This document shows positions 20,885 through 29,510 of a stretch of DNA of 64,000 nucleotides, one piece after another. Under the pieces are notes generated by a model. The model was not told the DNA's origin. It saw nothing but the letters and a program-made list of their open reading frames with translations, and ran no database searches. Numbering within the stretch: the first letter of the stretch is position 1; each line of letters begins with the position of its first letter. A program made the translations under genes and the position numbers. Source of the DNA: an uncultured delta proteobacterium (GTDB taxonomy: Bacteria > Desulfobacterota > RBG-13-43-22); NCBI GenBank assembly GCA_963790475.1, contig CAWBOS010000012.1:1184001-1248000 (forward strand), in the 5' to 3' direction.

Positions 20885-22738
20885 ATGCGCGAAAAATATA
20901 CATTGACGGTCAAGGAATTTTCTGAACGTGAAAGGATAAGTGTCAGTACGGTAAAGAGGCGCATAAAAGGGAAAAGCATTATTCCCATAAAAATAAAAAG
21001 GCCAAAAGGGTGCAAGGGAAATCGTTTTGAATTAAGAATTTCACATATTTATTTAACAGACAAGGAAAATTTTTTAAAAGAAAAAGGATTATTCCCTGAA
21101 AAGGATGAACTTAAAAACGGTGATTCAAAAAAGAAACAAGAATTAAAGCCTTTTCAAATAAAAGTGGCCGATTATAGATTGAAAATTTTAAAAAAATGTG
21201 ATGCGAGGACTGAAGGCCTCACCGGGAAAATAAGAACAGAAGTTATGAAGGAAGTCGCGAAAGAAGAAGGTAAAACTCTTGGAACCATTAATAGTTATTA
21301 TTCCAGATTTCATAAAGGAGCGTTTGAAGGGTTAGCCCCGCACTGGACGAACGGATCAAGGAAAAAGCGGATTACCAAAGAAATGCGCAAAGATATCAAG
21401 GACCGCTACCTTACGTTAAATGGGGACAATGGTGTTGAGGTCTGTGAGTTTATTGAAAAGAAATATGGTGATCAGGCTCCCTCTCGTAGAACAATTTATT
21501 ATTTTATCACAAAGACTTGGACTCTAGCTACTCGAACGTCCATACGAGAGCCTAATAAATTTAGAAAATTTGATCCTTTTCTTAGAAGAGACCCGTCCAC
21601 TTTAAACCTGCTGGATGTCGTTATTCTCGACGGCAAAAAGATGGATTACCTCGTCTGGTATAAGAATAGACTCATCCGGCCCTGGCTCTACGCGGCTATG
21701 GATTGGAAAAGCAGGAAAACAATAGCCTGGGTTATAACAATAAACCTCAACAGTGATGCGACTGGGCAGGTGATTTACTATATCTATCGCAATTACGGAG
21801 TCGCTGGAGAATTCTATGTTGACAATGGGCCTGAATTTAAGAATGCACACATATTAAGAGTTTGCAGTGAAGCGGGAACTAAAGTTCACCTTGCCTTCGG
21901 TCAGCATCCGCGCGAAAAACCAATTGAAGCCGCTTTTAAATATTTTACTTATCGCCATAAAAATTTTCCGGGATGGGTTGGTCATAATACCAAAATTAGG
22001 GATAACGCGCGCCTGAAACGAGAAATGGAAAATGGACTTATTTGGAAATTCGAAGACTTTGGTCCCGAAGTTGATAAATGGATAATCGAAAGAAATAGCC
22101 AATTGATTCATGGAGATACTAAAAAAACACCCAATAGCTTCTGGGTTGATTTTGTTCCACAGGTTTACTCTGAGGCCCATTGTGACTATCTGCTTATGTT
22201 AAAAGATGAATGCAAGGTGAACGATTCTACGGTTCAAGTTGGGCCAAAGCTTTATAGAGGCACGAAGCTATTGAGATTGGCCGGGCAAAAACTTGTAATC
22301 AGAAGAGATCCTAAAGATCTCTCAAGGGCGGTTGCCTTTTATGAAGAGAAAATTTTTGAGGTCCTAACTGAAGAACGCAGAGATGATGGGCGGGGGCCGC
22401 TAACAGAGGAATCCCGAAAAAATAATAGAAAGATCCGGAAGAACTTTAAAAATTTTCAAAAAGCTGTTCTGGAGGATGAAGAAAATAATTCCGATCTCCT
22501 GTTTTCGGAAGTTCAGAATGGACCGGGAAAACCCCTCCGGAAAAGTGATGTCCGCCACCCTAATGTTATCCGCTTTGATCCGGGGGAGAGACTTTTCAGA
22601 AATACTAAAAAGGCCTTAGCCGAGTCAAAAAATGATGAACTTGAGGAGGCCCAGGAGGCTGCTGCCGGTGGGGGAAGAAAAGATATTTTTTCCAAATTAG
22701 CGAAAATTCACCCCCCAATAGTTGAGGAGGAATATTGA
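20885..22738 (+). CDS. MuA-like DDE transposase
   Basis: N-terminal HTHs; ILDGKKMD, YVDNGPEF, REKPIEAAF triad; IRRDPKDLS C-terminal motif. Confidence 0.9.
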   Translation: MREKYTLTVKEFSERERISVSTVKRRIKGKSIIPIKIKRPKGCKGNRFELRISHIYLTDKENFLKEKGLFPEKDELKNGDSKKKQELKPFQIKVADYRLKILKKCDARTEGLTGKIRTEVMKEVAKEEGKTLGTINSYYSRFHKGAFEGLAPHWTNGSRKKRITKEMRKDIKDRYLTLNGDNGVEVCEFIEKKYGDQAPSRRTIYYFITKTWTLATRTSIREPNKFRKFDPFLRRDPSTLNLLDVVILDGKKMDYLVWYKNRLIRPWLYAAMDWKSRKTIAWVITINLNSDATGQVIYYIYRNYGVAGEFYVDNGPEFKNAHILRVCSEAGTKVHLAFGQHPREKPIEAAFKYFTYRHKNFPGWVGHNTKIRDNARLKREMENGLIWKFEDFGPEVDKWIIERNSQLIHGDTKKTPNSFWVDFVPQVYSEAHCDYLLMLKDECKVNDSTVQVGPKLYRGTKLLRLAGQKLVIRRDPKDLSRAVAFYEEKIFEVLTEERRDDGRGPLTEESRKNNRKIRKNFKNFQKAVLEDEENNSDLLFSEVQNGPGKPLRKSDVRHPNVIRFDPGERLFRNTKKALAESKNDELEEAQEAAAGGGRKDIFSKLAKIHPPIVEEEY

Positions 22739-23703
22739 TGTCTATGTTGGCCTTGCATTCAAATCTATCCGATGATCAGGCTCTAGGAGATGGATATAAC
22801 AGAAAACTTCATGATGACTTTCTTTTTTTAAAGGCCCAACTCGGGATTTCTTATCCAGAAATCGCCCTAGAAATCAATGTCCTTGCGGATACTCTTCAGT
22901 TATACGCGAATAAGCCCTCCATAGGTAATTTTAAAGAGCTTGAAAAAAAACTTGCCCGCTGGGTAGGCAAAAAAATAAATCCCGGACTTCTTCAGGATTC
23001 TAATTATCTTGCGATCAGTCCTTCGGAAAAGGGATTAACCATTTGCCAAGCTTCTCGGATAGAAAGGATTATGGCCCTTATAATTGCTTCTTCCGGTTGG
23101 GGCAAGGCTACGTTTGAAAATGAGTTTTGCCGTCGATTCCCGGACACGGTTTTTATTAGCTGTGATGTCACTATAAGGTCGCTCGGGGCAGTACTTGATC
23201 TACTCGGACACCAAATGCCGGTCGCGAGAAATCATCTAAATAATACCGCCTTTCTCTTGAAAATTATCGACAATTTAAAAAATAGTGGCCGTCTTTTAAT
23301 CGTCGATGAATGCCATTTTTTAAGTTGGCCGGGGTTTGAGATTTTCCGGAAAATTCATGATTGGGCCAAAGTTGGAGTCGTTTATTCCGGTCAGGAGTAT
23401 ACCCTCTCGCAAATGCGAGGGCGAAAAGGCTTTTTGTATGATCAAATCTTTAGCAGGTTATCTATTACTTGTGAGCTTAACACACTAGAGCGAAATGATG
23501 TCGTTCTTTTAGCCGATTCCGTTTGTTCGGGTTTAGATAAAAGATGCATAGATTTCCTAGCCAATAAAGCGCGCGGGCGGGGTCATTTTCGGGTTATGAT
23601 GACTGTGTTGCGAAGGGCCGCACAATTAGCCCAAGCAGAAAATATTCCCCTTACTTTAAATATTTTAAAAGAGGCCAATGAATTTTCAGGAGGTCTGTTA
23701 TGA
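22735..23703 (+). CDS. MuB-like AAA+ transposition ATPase
   Basis: Overlaps the transposase stop; SSGWGKA, LLIVDECH, QIFSRL. Confidence 0.85.
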   Translation: MMSMLALHSNLSDDQALGDGYNRKLHDDFLFLKAQLGISYPEIALEINVLADTLQLYANKPSIGNFKELEKKLARWVGKKINPGLLQDSNYLAISPSEKGLTICQASRIERIMALIIASSGWGKATFENEFCRRFPDTVFISCDVTIRSLGAVLDLLGHQMPVARNHLNNTAFLLKIIDNLKNSGRLLIVDECHFLSWPGFEIFRKIHDWAKVGVVYSGQEYTLSQMRGRKGFLYDQIFSRLSITCELNTLERNDVVLLADSVCSGLDKRCIDFLANKARGRGHFRVMMTVLRRAAQLAQAENIPLTLNILKEANEFSGGLL

Positions 23704-24056
23704 CTTTATCAGTTAAGGCTCAAAAAATTTATGAATCCCTCGATGAAAAAACAAAAAGGGTCATTAAGGGAAGCTACCCTTTTAAAAAGCTTCGGAATGA
23801 GGCCATCGCCGACCTGGGGAAAAAAGGTGTTAATGGGCGCCTCTTGGCTGAGATTACCGGCTTGAGTACTTCCAGTGTAAGCCGCATTTTGGGGACAGGC
23901 GGACAGACGCGATACAAACCCGACAGGAGAGAGGTAGAATTGTGGAAATTAAAAGAGATGATTGATGGACTCTATAAGCGCTACAGGCGCTTTATCTTGG
24001 CCAGAGACGAAAGGAGGGGGAAAAAAGGCATAGATGGCAGGGCGGGGAAGACTTAA
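23700..24056 (+). CDS. HTH protein, possibly a Mor/C-like activator
   Basis: LRNEAIADL..KGVNGRLLAEITGLSTSSVSRIL. Confidence 0.55.
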   Translation: MTLSVKAQKIYESLDEKTKRVIKGSYPFKKLRNEAIADLGKKGVNGRLLAEITGLSTSSVSRILGTGGQTRYKPDRREVELWKLKEMIDGLYKRYRRFILARDERRGKKGIDGRAGKT

Positions 24057-24106
24057 ACGTTTTTAAACGGGTTTTAAAAGCTTTTAAACGCTATAGGGAG
24101 GGAAAA

Positions 24107-24442
24107 ATGAGTCAAGTTCCGAGTGAAGAGCTTAAAAACGTGTTTAATGTACTCGACACGGGGAAAGAGGATGATACAGGAAGACCTTTTAGCGGAGGAT
24201 TGGGGATTTTGGATGACTTGCAAACCTGGGCTTGTAAATTGGAATCACTGGGCGACGCCATAAGTAGTATGGCTTTTGCGGATAGTCAGAATAAATGCGA
24301 TTCAAGTCTTGCGTCTTCTGGTGAACAATTAGGATATATCATTAAAGATTACGCCAAAGCGATTTTTAGTGTTCTTGGGACCCCGGAAATGTATTCACTA
24401 TTTAAGAAAGCCGAGGAAGAGAGACGAGGGAAGAAATTGTGA
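24107..24442 (+). CDS. Hypothetical protein
   Basis: RBS GGGAGG; 111 aa. Confidence 0.65.
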   Translation: MSQVPSEELKNVFNVLDTGKEDDTGRPFSGGLGILDDLQTWACKLESLGDAISSMAFADSQNKCDSSLASSGEQLGYIIKDYAKAIFSVLGTPEMYSLFKKAEEERRGKKL

Positions 24443-24444
24443 TG

Positions 24445-24576
24445 TAGGGTTCTTGGTTTGCCCTGGATAGGCCGATCACCGAAAAGGCGGAAACTCTCAC
24501 CGCCCTGCCAGGGTAAAATAAATGAGAGGCAACCAAGAGAGGGTTGCGATAGCCGGGTGCTATCCAACCCTTTTTT
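24445..24576 (+). ncRNA. Structured leader (C4/CI-like or attenuator) ending in an intrinsic terminator
   Basis: Nested and competing stems; terminator AGGGTTG..CAACCC followed by TTTTTT, 24540-24576. Confidence 0.55.
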
Positions 24577-24590
24577 ATTAGGAGGAGACA

Positions 24591-27035
24591 ATGGCTGAAG
24601 TAAAAATTGAAATCACCGCCCAGGACAATGCCTCCGGAGTTTTTAAAAACATCCAATCTGCAAACAGTTCTGCCCTTAATCAGATGTCCGCTGAAACCAG
24701 GAACTATACCGAGAGCAGCAAGAGCCTGGTCACTTCTCTAAAGGAACACTGGGTCGCCGCCTCGGTGGCCGTTTATGGGGCCTGGAGGTTGATCCAGGAG
24801 GGGCTGGACCTGGCCAAGCTGGGAGCACATGCCCAGCAGGCAGAGGAGTCATTTAGGACGGTTGTCGCTTCATATGGAGAAGATGCAGACGTCCTCCTTT
24901 CTAAAATGAAAGAGGCATCGCGGGGGTTAATTGATGACTCAGATTTGATGCAAAGGGCGGTCAAGGGACTTATGTCAGGGGCAGACTCCTCACAATTGGT
25001 TACACAACTTCAATATGCCAGCTATGGTGCCAGAATAGCCGCAACCTCTGTGGCAGATGCCTATGATATCGCGACAAATGCATTATCAAACCAAATGCTC
25101 CGAGGAGAGAAGGTGGTTGGACTGCAAGGAGACCTAAATAAAGCCTTCACTGAAGAGGCCGAAAAACTTGGAACAGTTGCGGGGGCGCTTAATGAAACGA
25201 CACAAACCCATGCTTTATTTGCTCAGGCGGGAGAGGATGCTATTCAAAAGATGAAGATCATGGGGCCACTTACTGAAAATGCAGCAGAGAAGTTCCAGAA
25301 AATGCAGGTTCAGGTAACGGAATTAAAAGAGACTATTGGAAAAGGACTGGTGGTTGTTTTAGAGACCGTCGGCGCTCTCTTTTATTCAGTGGCCACCGGA
25401 GCCCTGTATTTAGCGGGGGCTTTCGCCACGGTGGGGCAGGGCCTTGATTATATTGCTGGGAATTTAGGAGGTGCCGAGAAACTTAGGGATATTGCGAATA
25501 ACCTTTTCGGCGCTGCCGCCGAAACTAACAAAAAGGCCGAGACCATGTGGAAGGCAGTGGGCGCGGCAATTGAGGGTGCGACCAGCAAAATAAATAATGC
25601 CGCCGCCGCGCAATTGAAATCTGACCAGACTGCCAAACAACAAGCCGATTCTCTAAACTTATTAAAAGATAAAATTAAGGAGGCCAACACCTCTGTCGAG
25701 GAATTCGGGAAAAAGATGGGCGACCTGGCCCCGGACCTGAACGAAACGTCCAAAAAGGTCGCTGATGTGACCCAGGAAGTTCAAAAGATGAAACAAACCT
25801 TGCTGCAAAACGTGGGTCAAAATGTGCTGGACCAATTGGCCCCACAGATCGATGCTGCCGCGGCGGCGGGAATATCCAATATTTATAAGCAGCAGCTCAA
25901 GGATTTTGATGATCTCATGACCGGGATGTCCACTGCCCGCAAAGAAGGGATCACAAAGGATCTGGCCGAGATCGATAAGTCCCTGGCCGATGAGACCAAG
26001 AAATTTGGGAATAACTCGGTGATGATGACCGCCATCGCCCAGGCCGAAGACCTGAAGCGGATCGACAGCCTGAAGAAATGGAAAGATTCCCTGATCTCGA
26101 TGCACAATGAGGCGATCGACAAGGCACGGGAATATTATAAGACCGTCGAGGACCTGAATCTCGAACTCAGCAAAGGCACCATTTTTCTGGATCAATGGAA
26201 AAAGGGATTCCCTTCTGACCAGAAGTCTGTCTTTGAGAAAAGTCGGCAAGATCTTCAACTGATGATTGACATGGCCAACAATAACCCCACCCTGCAAAAT
26301 CTACAGTCCGCCAAGTCGGCCATTGAAAGTTTCGCTCAGCAGAACGATCCCTTGAGGACTACGCTTATAGATACCCCAGGAAAAGGTTTGCAGCCGATAT
26401 GGAAAGATTCTGATGTCGCCAAAATGCAAGATCAATATGCGAGCATCCAGACTTCGATAGCAGGGGTAAAAGATGCGACCCAGACACTTGGCGATTCATC
26501 GATGACAACCGCCATGAAATTTATTGACATTATCAAGCCTATAGATCAGGCGATGGACCTGCTCAAATCAAGAGTCACCGATTATATCGATATGATCTCC
26601 ATCCAAAGGCAGGTCACACTGGATACCTCGCCGGCAGTTGATTCCCTCCAGGCCCTAATCACAAAAACCACAGAGGCCCTGGGCTATATCCAGCAGCTTG
26701 ACCGCTATAATACTTTCTCCACTTCCGCCATGTCCGGCCTTGCGCCCTCGGCTCCGGCTGCCGAGGTGGCGCCCCCCGAAAATGTGCCGGTTATGGCCGG
26801 AGGAACGCCCTACGTCCGTAAGGCGGGATATGCCTGGGTAGATCCGGGCGAGCGGGTGATGACTGCCGACCAGAACCGGGCCTATAGCGGCGGCGGGAAA
26901 CAATCTTCTGTTTCTTTTGGGGATATTAAAATAAGTATTCAGGGAGTCAATGACGTCGAAGAGATCGCCAGGAAAATTGCGATTCCCTTGCAGAAACGAT
27001 TCCGCGAATTGAATCATCTCTTGGGCGGAAACTAA
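24591..27035 (+). CDS. Tail tape-measure-like protein (814 aa)
   Basis: N-terminal VKIEITAQDNAS; long Ala/Gln/Lys helical body with a hydrophobic segment; C-terminal AGGTPYV..GYAWVDPGERVMTADQN. Confidence 0.82.
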   Translation: MAEVKIEITAQDNASGVFKNIQSANSSALNQMSAETRNYTESSKSLVTSLKEHWVAASVAVYGAWRLIQEGLDLAKLGAHAQQAEESFRTVVASYGEDADVLLSKMKEASRGLIDDSDLMQRAVKGLMSGADSSQLVTQLQYASYGARIAATSVADAYDIATNALSNQMLRGEKVVGLQGDLNKAFTEEAEKLGTVAGALNETTQTHALFAQAGEDAIQKMKIMGPLTENAAEKFQKMQVQVTELKETIGKGLVVVLETVGALFYSVATGALYLAGAFATVGQGLDYIAGNLGGAEKLRDIANNLFGAAAETNKKAETMWKAVGAAIEGATSKINNAAAAQLKSDQTAKQQADSLNLLKDKIKEANTSVEEFGKKMGDLAPDLNETSKKVADVTQEVQKMKQTLLQNVGQNVLDQLAPQIDAAAAAGISNIYKQQLKDFDDLMTGMSTARKEGITKDLAEIDKSLADETKKFGNNSVMMTAIAQAEDLKRIDSLKKWKDSLISMHNEAIDKAREYYKTVEDLNLELSKGTIFLDQWKKGFPSDQKSVFEKSRQDLQLMIDMANNNPTLQNLQSAKSAIESFAQQNDPLRTTLIDTPGKGLQPIWKDSDVAKMQDQYASIQTSIAGVKDATQTLGDSSMTTAMKFIDIIKPIDQAMDLLKSRVTDYIDMISIQRQVTLDTSPAVDSLQALITKTTEALGYIQQLDRYNTFSTSAMSGLAPSAPAAEVAPPENVPVMAGGTPYVRKAGYAWVDPGERVMTADQNRAYSGGGKQSSVSFGDIKISIQGVNDVEEIARKIAIPLQKRFRELNHLLGGN

Positions 27036-27068
27036 TTAAAAAAAAGTCATTTGAAAGGAGGGCTCGCT

Positions 27069-28271
27069 ATGGAAAATTCCAGAAATCTTTTAGAGGATAT
27101 TGAGAGGACACTCTTTTACCAACGTCATGGTTCAACTGGATTGAGCATCGGAAAAGACGAACTTCAAAAGGGAAGAGATGCCCTTGTTAAAACCTTCATC
27201 CCCGAATACCCTTCGGGCGGGTTTAGTGGGTTCAAGGGACTCCGGGAAGCCTACATTTACTTTACCGGAGATAATGAACTGCGCGGCAAGGCAGCCGGTT
27301 TCAGCCCCTCTAAGGTGTCGAGTGGCCTGCGGGGTTGCGCCGACTTCAATTCAAATACTTTCAGCTTTGCCCTGCAAAATGCTTTAAATATGTACCTCTC
27401 TAAGGCCTATGCGGCATTCCCTTACCACGAAGAGATATTCATCTCTGAGATAAAGACGGTCACTGATTTCAGGAAAATTACTTCCCTTCAATTGGCCTAC
27501 CCAGGAGATCTTCCTGATGTCGATCCGGAGGCGGGCGATTATCAGTCTCTTGGAGAGTATATAGATACCGAGTCTCAATATGATCTTGAACACAAAGGAG
27601 GGATCACCTGGGTAACGAGAAAACACCTCATCAATGATTCGGTAGGTCTGGTTCAGGCCATGATTAATAGAAGGGCGCGATCCGCCAGGAGAACTCATGC
27701 GAAATTTGTTTGGAGCTTTTTTATTAATAACTCCAACTGTCCGGATGGAACGGCGTGGTTTACTGCGCCACATGGGAACTTAGGATCAGACGCCTTGAAT
27801 TTTGATCCCCTGGCCGCAGCCATCACGGCCCTGGCTGATATGGAGGAACCGGGGTCAGGAGAAAAGCTTGGGATGGATCTTGCCAGCTTTAATTGGAATC
27901 TGGTTATCCCTATTGCCCTCTGGAAGCTGGCCATATCGAAAAATCAGGCAAGGCATTATTATGATTCAAACGATTTAACTGACAAGATCGAGAATCCAAA
28001 CTGCCGCCTGTTCGGTGATCATAACGAAAGAATTATCGTCTGTCCCTTTATCACTGATTCTAACGATTGGGGAGTTGTTAGAGATAAAAATGATGTCCCG
28101 ATTATCGAAATGTCTTATCTTAATGGACATCAGGAACCGGAATTTATTACTGCCGATGCGTCACTAGCCGAGAGAAATTTTCGATCAGACGACTATGGCT
28201 ATAAGATCAGACATGAATATGGCGGCACCTTGGCCGGATCACAGGGCGGATACAAATCCGTTGTAGCCTAA
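27069..28271 (+). CDS. Mu gpT-like major capsid protein
   Basis: FALQNALNMYL..AY, VTDFR, GDLPDVDPEAGDY, VTRKHLINDSVG, RSARRT, YLNG..EPE, YKIRHEYG. Confidence 0.8.
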   Translation: MENSRNLLEDIERTLFYQRHGSTGLSIGKDELQKGRDALVKTFIPEYPSGGFSGFKGLREAYIYFTGDNELRGKAAGFSPSKVSSGLRGCADFNSNTFSFALQNALNMYLSKAYAAFPYHEEIFISEIKTVTDFRKITSLQLAYPGDLPDVDPEAGDYQSLGEYIDTESQYDLEHKGGITWVTRKHLINDSVGLVQAMINRRARSARRTHAKFVWSFFINNSNCPDGTAWFTAPHGNLGSDALNFDPLAAAITALADMEEPGSGEKLGMDLASFNWNLVIPIALWKLAISKNQARHYYDSNDLTDKIENPNCRLFGDHNERIIVCPFITDSNDWGVVRDKNDVPIIEMSYLNGHQEPEFITADASLAERNFRSDDYGYKIRHEYGGTLAGSQGGYKSVVA

Positions 28272-28379
28272 AGAATAGAGTTTCCCAAAGCCCATAGCCT
28301 TTCCTCCCTATGGGTTCCAGGCAGGGCGGTTTCTGACCCAAAGCAGAAATCGCCCTTAGCTTGGAATAAAAGGACTTGC

Positions 28380-28760
28380 ATGAGAAAAAGCGATTTTTTA
28401 ACTGATATTGCCCAAAACTATGAACCAAAGATTGAAGCAGTATTTTTTTGTAATGAGAAGTGTTTGCCAAAAGGTGTTTTTGGTATGGCAAATGCCCTCC
28501 CCAGTCTGGAATGGTATCGAATTCTTATTCACAATAAACTTCTTTTCTGCCCGATCCGCTCCTTTTGGACCTTTTTCCATGAGCTTGGTCATATTGTTTT
28601 GGGTCACTTTGGCCGGATGGATGATGGAAGTGAGGAGAGGGCCGCAGGCGAATGGGCATTCAGGGAGATGGGAACAATTGACCAAGAGGGAAAGATAAAG
28701 AAGGAAAACGCCTTTTGTTATGTTTGCCTCTCTACCTATTCAAAATCATGCCTTAAATAA
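28380..28760 (+). CDS. ImmA/IrrE-like HExxH metallopeptidase
   Basis: FFHELGHIVLGH...EERAAGEWA. Confidence 0.7.
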   Translation: MRKSDFLTDIAQNYEPKIEAVFFCNEKCLPKGVFGMANALPSLEWYRILIHNKLLFCPIRSFWTFFHELGHIVLGHFGRMDDGSEERAAGEWAFREMGTIDQEGKIKKENAFCYVCLSTYSKSCLK

Positions 28761-28764
28761 TTTC

Positions 28765-28974
28765 ATGACCAAATACGACCCCAAAAAAGCAGAACAATAT
28801 AAGGGACGTCCACATTCCCACTATCGGAACCAGGGCAAGCATAAATGCAGGTTATGTGGGAAGAAAACAGACAATCATTGGAACTGCCCGGAGTGCCTGG
28901 AAAGGATGGCCAAAGGAGAGATCGAGGCGCCGGTAACCGATATCTTGGGCCAGGATCTCGACGTGCCTTTATAG
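28765..28974 (+). CDS. Small zinc-finger protein
   Basis: CRLCG...WNCPEC. Confidence 0.6.
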   Translation: MTKYDPKKAEQYKGRPHSHYRNQGKHKCRLCGKKTDNHWNCPECLERMAKGEIEAPVTDILGQDLDVPL

Positions 28975-29131
28975 TAGGCTTTAAAGCCGTTTTAGCGGGC
29001 CATTTATGGGCCTTTAAATTTGTTTTAAACTGATCTTAAAGGATCTCCTTCGCTGCTAGTTTGGGGATCGGAAGCTCTTCAAGATCGAATAGGATTTGTG
29101 TTCTCTTTTTTTCTCGCCGTTTTTTTTATTG

Positions 29132-29176
29132 AAACCTATTTGCAATTTTTCAAAACCTATTTGCGCGTTTTACCCA
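29132..29176 (+). repeat. Right-flank tandem end motifs (putative transposase-binding sites)
   Basis: AAACCTATTTGC at 29132 and 29153 (21-bp period). Confidence 0.75.
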
Positions 29177-29313
29177 ATTGGAAATCAATTGTAATAAGTA
29201 TCCCTTCATTTTCCTACTGGTTCTGTAGGAAAAACCATTCAAATTATTTTATCCAAATTGCTTGTATTTAAAAATAATAATATAATTCATCAAGTTATAT
29301 TTAACTATCCCCA

Positions 29314-29328
29314 TGGCATATTCTTTGC
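29314..29328 (+). promoter_or_regulatory. Sigma-54 promoter
   Basis: TGGCATATTCTTTGC, GG-N10-GC. Confidence 0.65.
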
Positions 29329-29510
29329 TGAAGTAGTTGCTAAAGGCCTCTGGTTGTTTCGGCTATAAAAAAATTCAATCGGGTACCCTAACTTAACCCG
29401 GAATCCATAGCCGATTCAAAAGAAAAACCTGTCTCCTGTTTTAACCAAATTGAAAAAACGATTGAATAAAACCTATTAACTAATTGGTCAATTAAGGGGA
29501 GGCAAATATC

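Larger units (their letters stand above)
19510..29200 (+). mobile_element. Compact Mu-like transposable element with tape-measure and capsid genes (candidate satellite); ends approximate
   Basis: Ten co-directional ORFs including a DDE transposase and MuB-like ATPase; AAACCTATTTGC repeats on both flanks. Confidence 0.85.

Noticed and set aside
25662-26297. 211-aa minus-strand ORF
   Set aside because: Antisense shadow within the tape-measure gene
19510-29200. Complete prophage or Tn7/CAST element
   Set aside because: No terminase, portal, tail or lysis genes; no TnsA, TniQ, Cas genes or array
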